Under the pieces are notes generated by a model, which had not been told where the DNA came from, made no database searches, and saw nothing but the letters and a program-made list of their open reading frames with translations. Made by a program: the position numbers and the translations under genes. Below are positions 18,219 to 28,913 of a stretch of DNA of 64,000 bases, piece by piece; the stretch's first letter is position 1, and each line of letters begins with the position of its first letter. Source of the DNA: a virus; the IMG/VR virus record IMGVR_UViG_3300034060_000702, positions 1 through 64,000 of that record. One strand, 5' to 3'.

Positions 18219-21200
18219 TATTTACAAGCTTTAAAGTGTTCTAAAATATCTTCATCGGTTACTTCCTCATCTGCAATTGCAAATGATTGAGTTGTAAATT
18301 TAGACAAAATACTTGACAAGTCATCAAGATTATTTTGATCTAAAGCACTAACAATTTCATCTTGTTTCAAGTTGAAATCATTGATAACTTTTTTTACATC
18401 GGTATTGAATTGTTTAGAATTCAGCTCAACTTTATTTTCAATTATGCTGTTAAAATCAACAACTTCAATCGAACCTATTTTTGAGCTTGGTGAAATTGTA
18501 TTCACTTTTGAAACTTTTACAATTCTACCATCAGTAAGTAAAAGTTTATCCCCTACAGATAATGTACTAAAATCTTTTTGATTAGCCAAATCTATCTTAG
18601 CTTGATTGAATATATTTTGTATGAATGGTAAATGAATATCATTAATCTCATTCAATGTAACACCTAACTTAGTAGTAGCATACTTAACTAATTCTTCATA
18701 CACATCTACTAAACCTGATTCAGTTTTTATTCCAGTAAATCTATTTTTTAAAAAATCAGTTATTCCAGATTGTACTTGATTTTCAACTTTAAGTTTATTC
18801 AAAGCTTTTTGTTCTGCTACATATTGTGCTTTAGTAATTTCATTCTTTACTATATGCATCTTAACTGCTTTAGATAATCGCTTGATGTCAGTAGGAGTAT
18901 ATCCTAATTCTTTCAGTTTAGAATCTTGTGTAGCAAAAATTGGTTCATTGTTATCTACTACATCTGCAGCTGCATTTAGGATTTCTTCTTCAGTTGGTTC
19001 TTTAGGAAGAGTGGATTTAGCTGTAGTATCATAATCAGTTATAGCTACATTGCCTAAAAATCTATCACCTGAATACACTTGAATTACATTATCTAGATCT
19101 TTTTTACCTGGTCTTTTTAACACAGGAACCAATTTTAATGTAACAGGTTTACCAAAGTCTTCTGCTTTAATCGCTGTATTATGATCAAAAATAATAACTT
19201 TTTCACCATCTACTTCTATTACAAAACCAGTAGAACTACTTGGAGTTTTACCAGTCAACTTTGCTTTTATTGATTTACCACTAGTAAGTTTATCAACTAT
19301 CTTTTCATGCATAGATTGATTTCTTCCTACAGGTTGTTCAGCAGGTTTAATATCTTCTAAAGCAATACTTAAAACACCATCTGTAAAGTATCCAATATTT
19401 AAACTAGATGGTAGTTGTCTTTTTGCAACATCATCTATAAAGTTTTCTTCTAAGTAGTTTTCTAGTTTATCTTGTAAACTTTTACCTGGAGCACTTTCAA
19501 GAGTAGCTCTATCAATACTTCCTATAAATAAATCTAAATATCCTCTATGAGGAGACTTACCTTCAGCTAAATCAAATAATAGTTGCTTTAATTGTTCTTT
19601 ATTAACAATTCCTGTAGTAGAACTTACTCCAGCAGGCATTTTCAAACTATCATTAAAAATGTTTTTAGCATTTCCTTCTGAAGTTACATGAGTTATAAAT
19701 AATAAATTATCAGGTAAATTATTTATTATTCTTTCTATATCAGCTTTAGTATCTGTAGTAGTAGGGTTATCTCCTACACCACTATCTACTTTTTTTTCAG
19801 TTTCAGTTTTTTCTTGAACAACTGGAGTATTTTTTTTAATAATACTTTCAGCAATAGGAATTAAAGCATCAACCATTTCCTTAGTTGTTGTAGGATTCTT
19901 ATAAGAAGTTCTATTTTCAGAAAGTTGTTTTGCTTTTTTAATCAAAGGTTCAGCAACTTCAGAAGCAGACATTCCATCTGGTAATGCAATTACAATAGCT
20001 GTATATACAGATGGTCTATTAGAACCAGTTGAATCTGATTTTTGAATTGGTATTTTAACATCTACATATCTAACACCATTGCTATTAAAAGTTTCATCAT
20101 AAGTATAGTTGTGTAATTTTTTTTGATTTCTTATATCCACAGTGGACATATCATTTGTTTTATTATCAGAACTATATTTAATACCAAATCCACCTTGTCC
20201 ATCATAAGCTCTCCATTCAAAAACAGAGTTATCTTGTTTTGTATTTTTAACTCTATCCAAAAACATTTCAAAAGCTCTTTTAGATATTTCTTCTTTAGTT
20301 GGAGCTTTTGCTTTTCTAAATAATTTTTTATTTGCTGTTGCTTCTTTTTCTAATTCTTCTTTTGCAAGTTTTTCTAAAAAAGCTTTTGGAGAATGTATTC
20401 CAGTTCTAAAACTATCTTGGAAATATAATTTTTTTAATGCTTCCTCATCAGTTCTTAAAAACTCTTCTGCTTGAGATGTAGTTTCTTGTGATTGATTAAC
20501 AGGTTCAACTGTTTCTACAGGTTTAGTTTGTGCACCAGAGAACAATGAGTCTTCTGCAGTTTTAAGATATGCATCAATGTTTTTAAATGTAGTACTTTCA
20601 TACTTATTGAATTTAGGATTCTCACCTTTCCAATTTGTTTTAACAAACCAACCATCTTTTGCAAAACTAAATAATGGTGTCCATTCTCCTTTTGAAGCAG
20701 CACCTGTACCAAGTCCAGTAGATTTATATACTAAAAATCTTTTACCATCAGCAAATACATCTACAATTAATCTTCCAGCAACTTGAGTTCGAAAACTACC
20801 TATTGTCCATTCTGAATTATTTGCATCTAAACTTTGACCAAACTCATAAAGATCTTGAATTTCTTTTGAAATAGCCAGTTTATTACCATCATATCCAGAA
20901 ATTTCTTGATTAACCCATTCATCAAATATATCAGGTCTATCAGATTGATCATCAACTACTACAACATCAGTATTAGCACCTATTGATTTTGGTTGCTTTG
21001 GATTTTCTTTTTGATTTGTTTCACTACTAACTGTATCGCTTGTTCCCTCTCCTGTGGTGTCAATAGGGATTGTTTCTTCACTAGTTTCTTCATCGGATTC
21101 AATTATTATATTTTCATCTATTAATTCATCTATTACTTTTTCTTCAAGAGTTACTTCAGGACTTGTTAAAACTTCATCTGTAAGAGCTTGTTCAACTTGT

Positions 21201-24200
21201 CCTGGAGTCATAGCATCAACTTCATCAGAAGTGTAACCTTTGCCCGCTAAATTAGCTTTAGTTTCATCATCTAATACTTCACTATTAGTTTGCATTGGTT
21301 CATTTACTAATGCATCATAAGCATTAATAATTTCAGTACCATAATCATCAACCCAACTTTTAAATTTAGGTGTAATATTTGTATCTGACAACTCATTAAT
21401 TTTTGCATCAGCTATTACATCACCATCTTTAATAGCTTGTTTATATCCATCAATAAGTTGATTTAATAAAGCTTTAGGATAACTGGCAATCTCTGCATTC
21501 GGATCAAAACTTTCTAAATCTTCTGCAGGTAAAGGTTCAACAGCAATTTCTTCAGGAGTAGTTTCTGGAGTTACTTCTGGAGTATCTTCTTCTTCAACCA
21601 AACTGTCATCTTGTTGTGGAGTATTTAATTGACTAGGATCAATCTTAGCTTGAACTACAGATACAATACTATTGTAAACAGAATTTGATACATCTACTGT
21701 TCTACCTAATAAGTTTGATAAAGCATCAATCAAGTCTGTCCAAATTGTACTTTCTTTTTTAGGAGCTTTTACTCTAGCAAGCAATGTTTGAAAAGTTTGA
21801 TTGCCAAAAGATTCTTTAATAAAATCTAATTCTGAATCAAATGCTTTCCAGTTATCTTTGATTTGTTCAGAAGGCTTATCTTTATTTTTTTCATTTTCAG
21901 ACTTAATATAAGCCATAGTTGCTTCTTTCAAAGATTTTACTTCGGCATTAAAAACTGGATCATTCTTTAAAGCATCTGTAGTCAATCTTTCTAATTCATT
22001 TTTAAGAATCAATTCTTCAATTGAGAAAACACTATTTGTAAAGTTACTTGCAGCATATCTACCATCAATGATACTTACACCACCTTTAAATTTATTTGGT
22101 CTAGAAGAGTTATCTACAAATGAAACTTTAGCATTCTCATCAACTAATCTCTTTAAAATTTTAGCTAAATCTTTTTCAGCTTTAGTAGAACTTTTGCTTG
22201 CAATAATAGTATCTAAAACATCAGAAACTTTTTGCTCATTAGCAACATCAAATCCATATTCTTTTGCTATCTCATTGTATGTTCTTTTATCACCTTCATT
22301 AATTCGAATACCTCTACCAACTTCTCTATAAATATCATTTTCTTTTTCAAGAATAGGTTGTTCAATTAAATTATCAACTAATTCATTTAGTTTTTTCAGA
22401 GCCATCTTGTATTTTGGATCTGATTGTTTTAAAACTTCTTCTGTTGTAATATCATAAAGTTCTTTAGGCATTATACCTTTTTGAATGAGTTCATCCATTT
22501 CAGATAAATCAAATGATACACCTGCATCTAAAAGTTCTTTGACAACTTTGTTTACTTCTTCTTGATCTCTAAATTTTGCAATAGAATTTTTTACATAGTC
22601 TTTATGCTGTTCAATAATTTGATCAGACATTTTAGACATTCTATCTACATGTGCATTAAAATAATTTTCATCACTTAAAATGTCAATATTTTCTTCTAGT
22701 CTAGCATTTCTATTTTCTAATTTATAATAGTCATATAATTTAGAAAATGAGTTTTTACTAAATCTATTTATTTTTGAATTTCGAGAACCTTCATTTACTG
22801 TAGTATTATTTGGATCATATTCTTTAGAATGAACAATTTCTAAATATTTTCCATGTCGAAGTTCCATTGTATCAGCAGCTCGCTTAACTCTTTTGTTAAG
22901 TTTTTTTAATAATACTTTTTCAGCCTTACTTGTATTTGGTTTAGATTGTAATTCATCAATCTTAGCAATTACTCTATCATGATCTCCTAAAGATTCTTGG
23001 TATTGAATAAGAGCTTTAAGTTTCTGATTCTTTTGAATTAAATCTTTTTTAGCTTCAGGTGTTAAATTTTCATATCCATTTAGAACTGCTAACTCTTGAG
23101 TAAGCATTCCTATTTCCTTATTCATTTCTTTATTAGAAGTTAAAGCATTGTAATCATTAAATGAAACACCATATGCTTGAGCATCTGTTTGAATTACATT
23201 AAGCAAATCTTTTTTTCTATCTAAGTTTTGTTCAAACTCTGCAGTATCAAAAATTAAATCATCTACTGCTTTGTTCCAACTATGATGATAATTCATCATT
23301 GCATTATAGTTAGGATCATCTTTTTTTAGCTTAGATATATTTACAGGACTTTGATAATCATTTTTAAAAGTAGTATACTTAGTTTTAAACTTCTTTGCTT
23401 CTTGAACTTTTTTGTTAATTAATTTATTAATTACATCTTGAGAAGAATTTTCATTAATACCAAAAGCAGCAGCTGCTTGTTTAGTATCCATAGATTTAAA
23501 ACCTTCAGTATGCTTAATAAATTCATCAAGCATATCATGTTTCATCATAGTTTGCAAATGAGCTCTGTAAGACTCATCTTTTTTATCTTGAAAAGTATGT
23601 CTATCTCCTTCAGCAGCTGCTTGAACCATTTCATTTTCAAGTCTTGATTGAGTTGCTAAGTTGTTACCCATACTGTTGTACACAGCACCTACATTTTTAT
23701 AACCTTCATTGATTAAATCAGAATCTTTTTGAAGCTCATCTAATCTACTTTCTCTTTCAGTATTAAATGCTTTTTTATTTGTAAATTGTTTATAAGAACC
23801 ACTTTGTATAGAAGCAAGAGGTGCAGTCATAGTAGAAGTTACAGGACTCACTAAACCTCCCATTAAAAATCCTGAAAGAAATGTTTCAAACCCTTGTCCT
23901 GATTTTTGTTCTTTTAAACCATGAAGTAATGAATCAAAATATCCTCCAGAAGCTTTACTTCCAAATTGATATTTATTTTTTGCTTGAATAGTTTCCTGAA
24001 TTGTTTCTTGTAAACCTTCACCTAAATTTGAAATACCATAAGTTCCAGTTTTAGCTATTGCAGTTTTACCTAATTTACCTAAACCAGTACCAATACCTTT
24101 TTCAAAAAGAAGTTTCCCTTGATCTTTAATACCTTGGTAAAAACCTTTTTGAAATATGTTACCAGTTCTAATAACTCTAGTTGTACCATCTGCAGCAGTA

Positions 24201-25327
24201 GCAAGATTACCAAATCTTCCAGTTGATACAAATTTACCTACACCTTTAAGATCATCAAACCTTTTATACATGTTATTAAACACAAGTTTATTGGTAGCAA
24301 ATATTGCTCCTGTGTTTTCCATTAATGTATAAGCTTTTGCATTTTTAATTCTTTTAGTCAAATCATCAGATTCTTCTGCAGTCATGTTAGGATGTTTATT
24401 TATGTATTCATCATACATATCTTTTTCTAACATGTTTGCTTCTAATCTAGCTTCTGATACCGCCATTTGACCTGCTTTAACATCTCTAAATATAGCTGCG
24501 CCACCTTGTCCAATTTTACCTAATACTGTAAGATCTTTTACAGAGTTAATCTCTTTTAAAGACTTAATATATTTAGTTGTATTTTCTATAGGATTTAAAA
24601 CATTAAGAGCTTTTTTTCCAAAAGTTGCAGCTTTAGATATATCTTTAGCTTTATCAGCAGCATTAATTGCTCTTTTAATATCATTCATTTTGTCAAAAGC
24701 TTTACCTATTTGACCAAATGCTTTGACTCCTTTACCAACCATTGCTGCACCACCTACAGCTAAAGAACCACCACCAGAAGGAAGTGCTGTAAGTGCAGAA
24801 ATACCCATTATAGCAAGTTCTTCTGCAACCATGTCCATAGTTATTCCTAAAGTATAACCAGCATTTAATGTAAGATTTTGTGCAAAGCCCGTAACACCTC
24901 CTCTTTGTGTACCATACATATCAGCAACTTTACCAAATTCATTTGCATTCTTTTTTGAATTAGCAAATGCTCCAAATAAAGCACTGTCATTAAATCCAAT
25001 TGCAGCTAATTTACCAGCACCTTTTATACTTCTAGCCCATTGTTCAGAATCAGTAGTTATTTTATCATAAAAAGCTTCATTGTCTGTGTTTGCTTGATAA
25101 CCATAATCATTCCATTTAGAACCATAAGATTGAAGCTTTTCAATCTTTTTATCATACATAGAAGTATTAATAACTTTAGATGCTGCGGCTTGTTTAAGTT
25201 TTACATTATCTCTTCTTTGTGTCGAAGCAGCAGTTACCTCATTTGCAATTTTTTGAATTGTAGACTCTACAGCTTTAGGGCGATTAACCAATAAGGGATT
25301 TTGACCTGGTTTAATTTTATCTGGCAT
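18218..25327 (-). CDS. Giant ejected cargo protein (2369 aa): Gly-rich hydrophobic segments, coiled coils, a degenerate zincin and a variable C-terminal domain array including an ART-like domain
   Basis: Lies immediately upstream of the vRNAP gene with a TAATG overlap. Hydrophobic stretches LAIMGISALTALPSGGGSLAVGGAAMVG and FLSGFLMGGLV; acidic P/T/E linkers separate compact domains. Confidence 0.75.
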   Translation of the reverse strand: MPDKIKPGQNPLLVNRPKAVESTIQKIANEVTAASTQRRDNVKLKQAAASKVINTSMYDKKIEKLQSYGSKWNDYGYQANTDNEAFYDKITTDSEQWARSIKGAGKLAAIGFNDSALFGAFANSKKNANEFGKVADMYGTQRGGVTGFAQNLTLNAGYTLGITMDMVAEELAIMGISALTALPSGGGSLAVGGAAMVGKGVKAFGQIGKAFDKMNDIKRAINAADKAKDISKAATFGKKALNVLNPIENTTKYIKSLKEINSVKDLTVLGKIGQGGAAIFRDVKAGQMAVSEARLEANMLEKDMYDEYINKHPNMTAEESDDLTKRIKNAKAYTLMENTGAIFATNKLVFNNMYKRFDDLKGVGKFVSTGRFGNLATAADGTTRVIRTGNIFQKGFYQGIKDQGKLLFEKGIGTGLGKLGKTAIAKTGTYGISNLGEGLQETIQETIQAKNKYQFGSKASGGYFDSLLHGLKEQKSGQGFETFLSGFLMGGLVSPVTSTMTAPLASIQSGSYKQFTNKKAFNTERESRLDELQKDSDLINEGYKNVGAVYNSMGNNLATQSRLENEMVQAAAEGDRHTFQDKKDESYRAHLQTMMKHDMLDEFIKHTEGFKSMDTKQAAAAFGINENSSQDVINKLINKKVQEAKKFKTKYTTFKNDYQSPVNISKLKKDDPNYNAMMNYHHSWNKAVDDLIFDTAEFEQNLDRKKDLLNVIQTDAQAYGVSFNDYNALTSNKEMNKEIGMLTQELAVLNGYENLTPEAKKDLIQKNQKLKALIQYQESLGDHDRVIAKIDELQSKPNTSKAEKVLLKKLNKRVKRAADTMELRHGKYLEIVHSKEYDPNNTTVNEGSRNSKINRFSKNSFSKLYDYYKLENRNARLEENIDILSDENYFNAHVDRMSKMSDQIIEQHKDYVKNSIAKFRDQEEVNKVVKELLDAGVSFDLSEMDELIQKGIMPKELYDITTEEVLKQSDPKYKMALKKLNELVDNLIEQPILEKENDIYREVGRGIRINEGDKRTYNEIAKEYGFDVANEQKVSDVLDTIIASKSSTKAEKDLAKILKRLVDENAKVSFVDNSSRPNKFKGGVSIIDGRYAASNFTNSVFSIEELILKNELERLTTDALKNDPVFNAEVKSLKEATMAYIKSENEKNKDKPSEQIKDNWKAFDSELDFIKESFGNQTFQTLLARVKAPKKESTIWTDLIDALSNLLGRTVDVSNSVYNSIVSVVQAKIDPSQLNTPQQDDSLVEEEDTPEVTPETTPEEIAVEPLPAEDLESFDPNAEIASYPKALLNQLIDGYKQAIKDGDVIADAKINELSDTNITPKFKSWVDDYGTEIINAYDALVNEPMQTNSEVLDDETKANLAGKGYTSDEVDAMTPGQVEQALTDEVLTSPEVTLEEKVIDELIDENIIIESDEETSEETIPIDTTGEGTSDTVSSETNQKENPKQPKSIGANTDVVVVDDQSDRPDIFDEWVNQEISGYDGNKLAISKEIQDLYEFGQSLDANNSEWTIGSFRTQVAGRLIVDVFADGKRFLVYKSTGLGTGAASKGEWTPLFSFAKDGWFVKTNWKGENPKFNKYESTTFKNIDAYLKTAEDSLFSGAQTKPVETVEPVNQSQETTSQAEEFLRTDEEALKKLYFQDSFRTGIHSPKAFLEKLAKEELEKEATANKKLFRKAKAPTKEEISKRAFEMFLDRVKNTKQDNSVFEWRAYDGQGGFGIKYSSDNKTNDMSTVDIRNQKKLHNYTYDETFNSNGVRYVDVKIPIQKSDSTGSNRPSVYTAIVIALPDGMSASEVAEPLIKKAKQLSENRTSYKNPTTTKEMVDALIPIAESIIKKNTPVVQEKTETEKKVDSGVGDNPTTTDTKADIERIINNLPDNLLFITHVTSEGNAKNIFNDSLKMPAGVSSTTGIVNKEQLKQLLFDLAEGKSPHRGYLDLFIGSIDRATLESAPGKSLQDKLENYLEENFIDDVAKRQLPSSLNIGYFTDGVLSIALEDIKPAEQPVGRNQSMHEKIVDKLTSGKSIKAKLTGKTPSSSTGFVIEVDGEKVIIFDHNTAIKAEDFGKPVTLKLVPVLKRPGKKDLDNVIQVYSGDRFLGNVAITDYDTTAKSTLPKEPTEEEILNAAADVVDNNEPIFATQDSKLKELGYTPTDIKRLSKAVKMHIVKNEITKAQYVAEQKALNKLKVENQVQSGITDFLKNRFTGIKTESGLVDVYEELVKYATTKLGVTLNEINDIHLPFIQNIFNQAKIDLANQKDFSTLSVGDKLLLTDGRIVKVSKVNTISPSSKIGSIEVVDFNSIIENKVELNSKQFNTDVKKVINDFNLKQDEIVSALDQNNLDDLSSILSKFTTQSFAIADEEVTDEDILEHFKACK

Positions 25328-25346
25328 AATAATTTTTTTTAAAATA

Positions 25347-28300
25347 TTATTTTATTTTTTTTTGTGTTTCAAACACATCATTTAAAAAACCTAATGCATC
25401 TTCATAACTTTCAAGACTTTCATAATAATCTTTATCTGAATTATATAAAAAAGTATTTAAGTCTTCAAGTTTTCCATCAACATGTATTACTCCATCAAAT
25501 TTTAATTCTCCACTATTAGTTTTTTCAACATACACCGCTTTTTTATTAGTTAAATCATTGCCTCTAAATAATATAGTTCTACCTGTTTGCTGTAAAGATT
25601 TATCTTTAGTAGATTGATCTCTGTCATCATACATTTTAGACATTCTAGCATTTGGATTGGTAGCAAGTGTTATTTTCTGACTTGTTTTTGTATTATAAAA
25701 AGATAAACCTTCCCAATCATCTTTAACACCATCTTGCAATCCAGTTAATCCTGATAACTGATAACTTAAATTATAAAAATCTTTTGACCTTTGAAGCTCA
25801 CCGATATACTTTTGAATTTCAGTTTTATCAGTTATTTTATTACCATTAACAAATAAAGCTCTATCTCCAGTTGCAGATGCTTTAAAAGTTTCATTAATAT
25901 AGTTCATAGCATCATTTCTAGCAGGAGATAGATCTGCATACATATGAACATTATTTGATTCATAAATATTATAAGTTGCTGGACCAACTCCTGATTTATT
26001 TTTAGTTTGTTTAAGACCTATACTTAAACCTTCATGATATTTTTCAGTATATGTTTGATATTCTTCATTTAAATCATCAATATCTCTTCTACCAAGTGCT
26101 ATATTTTTTTTAATAAATTCTCTTTTAGAAATTAAAAAACCATCTTTAACAACATCTTTTTGAAAAGGATATTGATAGTCATCAAGACCATCTTTCATTT
26201 TAGTTACTATATCATCATGCCCTTCTTTTTTAAGGTTAAAATGATTTGTCATATCTTCTTGAATATCCGCAATTCTATCTTGTGCCTTTTGAACTTTAGG
26301 AGATTCTAACATTTTAAGTAATTTTGGATTATCTCCAGGACTATCAGTTTTCTTTTGCACATTATACTTATATAAAGTTTGAGAAAAACTAGAATTATTT
26401 TCAATTAAATTCATCAAACCCCAATCCGAAATTTCATTTTCTTTATACTTAGTATTTGCAACAAAATATTCTTTTACTGGTTTTTTACCTTGTTCTCTTG
26501 TAGAAGATTCTTCTCTAAGTTTATTTATATTATTATTTTCAACTCCTCTTTGTTTAATAAAATTTAAAGCTTGTCTTTTAATAAGTTTATATTCAGCAGA
26601 ATTTTTATCAAGTGTTTCAATATAAGCCCTGTTTACAACTTTTGTTTTTGCACCTAATGTATTATTTAAGTAACTTGATTGTTTATTATAAGCACTTGCT
26701 ACAGACTCACTAGAAACTGTTTGTGCACCAGTCATATCAAATGATTGATCTTTATTTAACTTTTCATACTTAGCTGCAATATTTTTCTTTTCAGTAGCTG
26801 ATAACTTTTCAATAGGTTTTTTACTAAGTTCTTTATATGCTTTTTGAACAGAAGGATTAGCATGACTATCTGCAACAAACTGTATCATTTCTTTTGTTAC
26901 AGGTTTTGTTGCAACTAATTTTTTCTTTTCTGCATTAACAACCTTGTTTGTATGTATGGCAATTGTTTTTGAATCGCCTGCATTAATTTTTTCAGTTGTA
27001 GCTTTAGGAAGCGGGATATAAGACTCTTGAATTATCTGCACAGCCTGTTTCTTAGCTACAGGATTAACATTAAGATCTGCAGCTTTTGTACTTCGCTTAC
27101 CATTGTTTTTATTTATTTCAGCATTTACTTCTGGTTCACTATATAATTGTTGACCAGTACCTGTTAAAATACCATTTATTGTTCCTAAAGTTTTACTAAC
27201 TCCAGTAACAGCGGATGATTTTTTATTTTTATAATCTTCTTGAGTTCTACCACTAGCTTTTTTATCTTCATTATATAAATTGCTGAAAGATCCTCCTGTT
27301 ACAGGTTTTGTACCAGACTTATCAAGCCACTGTGCTTGCTGTCTTTTAATATTTTCTTCATTTAAAGGTCTTAGTTTATCAAGTTTGGTTTTAGCTTCTT
27401 TATATTTTTCACCAGTAACAGCAGATGAATTATTTGTTAATACCGTTTCAAGTGTTTTAATTTCATCAGCCCAATGACCTTTAAGTTTAGGACCTTTATA
27501 GTTTTCAGAAAGATAAGCAGATACTGTTGTATTAGCTAATTTATTACCTTTACCTTCTTTACCATCAGTGCTAGTACCAAATGGATTTGATTCATCAGTT
27601 TTTAAAGAAGCTTTATGACTCTCTAAAGCTACTCTATTAGATTGTTTAATACCTTCCATCATAACATCATACTGATGCTTTACACTTAACTTAGCAAACT
27701 CATCAGCTTCTTTCTTTTGAGTCATAGTATTATCAGCAATACTTTTTGCAGCACCAGTAATATCCTCATGCATAAATATTGCAGCATCTCTTGAATCTAA
27801 TTGAGAAGCCATATTTCTTATGTAAGTATTGTCATTTGCTTTCTCTGCAGTCATCTTAGCCAACTTAATATACTGACTTGCTTGTTGAGCACCAGGAAGA
27901 AGTTGTTGTAAAGCATTATACTCTTTTGCAAGATTTGAATCTTTAGCAACTTTACCAGCTTTTATTTTTTCTTCAAGAGCTGATATTCTACCAGAAATGT
28001 ATTCTTCATCTGCATTAGATTGTTCTAATATAGAATTAATTTTTTCTTGCTGAACTGTTCCTTGTCTTCTATAATATTCAGAAGTTGCAGCATTCTCATC
28101 AAGTCCAGTTTCAGACATAATTGAACCTACATTGTTTTTTCTAGTTACATAAGCTTGTGCCTCATATTGCTTTAACAATTTTGGATCATTAGCATATAAG
28201 TTTGTAAACAATTCTGCCAAAGGACCATAAGCTTGAGGACCATTTTTAGTAGTCACCATATAGTTTCCTATAAGTTGATCACTTGAGATTTCAAGTTTAT

Positions 28301-28856
28301 TATCTTTAGCATACTTCATTGCTTTGTCCATCATGTTAGTATATGGGATATACTCTACATTCTCAAAGCCCAAAGATTCATCATTAGAAGCATCCTTAAA
28401 CTCTTTTAGTTTGTATTCCATATACTGATCACCTTGATCCCAAGCTTGACCACCACACTTATCAGGATCCACACAATTTCTTAAAGCTTCTCCTCTAGAC
28501 TTTTCATTTTGAAAATTCTTAGTCCACACCATATCTTTTACAATATGGTTGTTATTATAAATAGCTTGAAAAACATTTGCTGCAGCATCAACATTTTCAT
28601 CAAGTGAAAAATCCATACCAGCCATTTTTACAATATCGGTATTGATGTTTTTTACAAACTGATCTCTAGCCGCAATATTCTCATTCCTACTCATAGAAGA
28701 ATTTAATATTGAACCATAAAGCTCACTTATCTTTTGATGATTTGCATCAAACTTAGTTTGTTTGGTTTGCAAAATTTGTGCATCAAATGCTAAATTCGGT
28801 TCAGTAGGTTGAATTTGTGATATGTAATCTGTAACTCCTGGTTGATATGTTGCCAT
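25347..28856 (-). CDS. Putative ejected/internal virion protein (1169 aa)
   Basis: Long helical ORF between the muzzle gene and the giant cargo genes, the usual crAss-like position for cargo proteins. Confidence 0.65.
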   Translation of the reverse strand: MATYQPGVTDYISQIQPTEPNLAFDAQILQTKQTKFDANHQKISELYGSILNSSMSRNENIAARDQFVKNINTDIVKMAGMDFSLDENVDAAANVFQAIYNNNHIVKDMVWTKNFQNEKSRGEALRNCVDPDKCGGQAWDQGDQYMEYKLKEFKDASNDESLGFENVEYIPYTNMMDKAMKYAKDNKLEISSDQLIGNYMVTTKNGPQAYGPLAELFTNLYANDPKLLKQYEAQAYVTRKNNVGSIMSETGLDENAATSEYYRRQGTVQQEKINSILEQSNADEEYISGRISALEEKIKAGKVAKDSNLAKEYNALQQLLPGAQQASQYIKLAKMTAEKANDNTYIRNMASQLDSRDAAIFMHEDITGAAKSIADNTMTQKKEADEFAKLSVKHQYDVMMEGIKQSNRVALESHKASLKTDESNPFGTSTDGKEGKGNKLANTTVSAYLSENYKGPKLKGHWADEIKTLETVLTNNSSAVTGEKYKEAKTKLDKLRPLNEENIKRQQAQWLDKSGTKPVTGGSFSNLYNEDKKASGRTQEDYKNKKSSAVTGVSKTLGTINGILTGTGQQLYSEPEVNAEINKNNGKRSTKAADLNVNPVAKKQAVQIIQESYIPLPKATTEKINAGDSKTIAIHTNKVVNAEKKKLVATKPVTKEMIQFVADSHANPSVQKAYKELSKKPIEKLSATEKKNIAAKYEKLNKDQSFDMTGAQTVSSESVASAYNKQSSYLNNTLGAKTKVVNRAYIETLDKNSAEYKLIKRQALNFIKQRGVENNNINKLREESSTREQGKKPVKEYFVANTKYKENEISDWGLMNLIENNSSFSQTLYKYNVQKKTDSPGDNPKLLKMLESPKVQKAQDRIADIQEDMTNHFNLKKEGHDDIVTKMKDGLDDYQYPFQKDVVKDGFLISKREFIKKNIALGRRDIDDLNEEYQTYTEKYHEGLSIGLKQTKNKSGVGPATYNIYESNNVHMYADLSPARNDAMNYINETFKASATGDRALFVNGNKITDKTEIQKYIGELQRSKDFYNLSYQLSGLTGLQDGVKDDWEGLSFYNTKTSQKITLATNPNARMSKMYDDRDQSTKDKSLQQTGRTILFRGNDLTNKKAVYVEKTNSGELKFDGVIHVDGKLEDLNTFLYNSDKDYYESLESYEDALGFLNDVFETQKKIK

Positions 28857-28913
28857 AGTTTTTAATGTAAATATATTAATTATTTAATAACCAAAAATTA
28901 GTTATCCTTATGA

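Noticed and set aside
6625-19749. 22-nt near-match between 6625-6646 (AKTDIER) and 19728-19749 (TKADIER)
   Set aside because: The first copy lies inside the ASCH core rather than at a domain boundary, and the sequence is AT-rich, so it is probably coincidental. It is worth rechecking if the cassette hypothesis holds.
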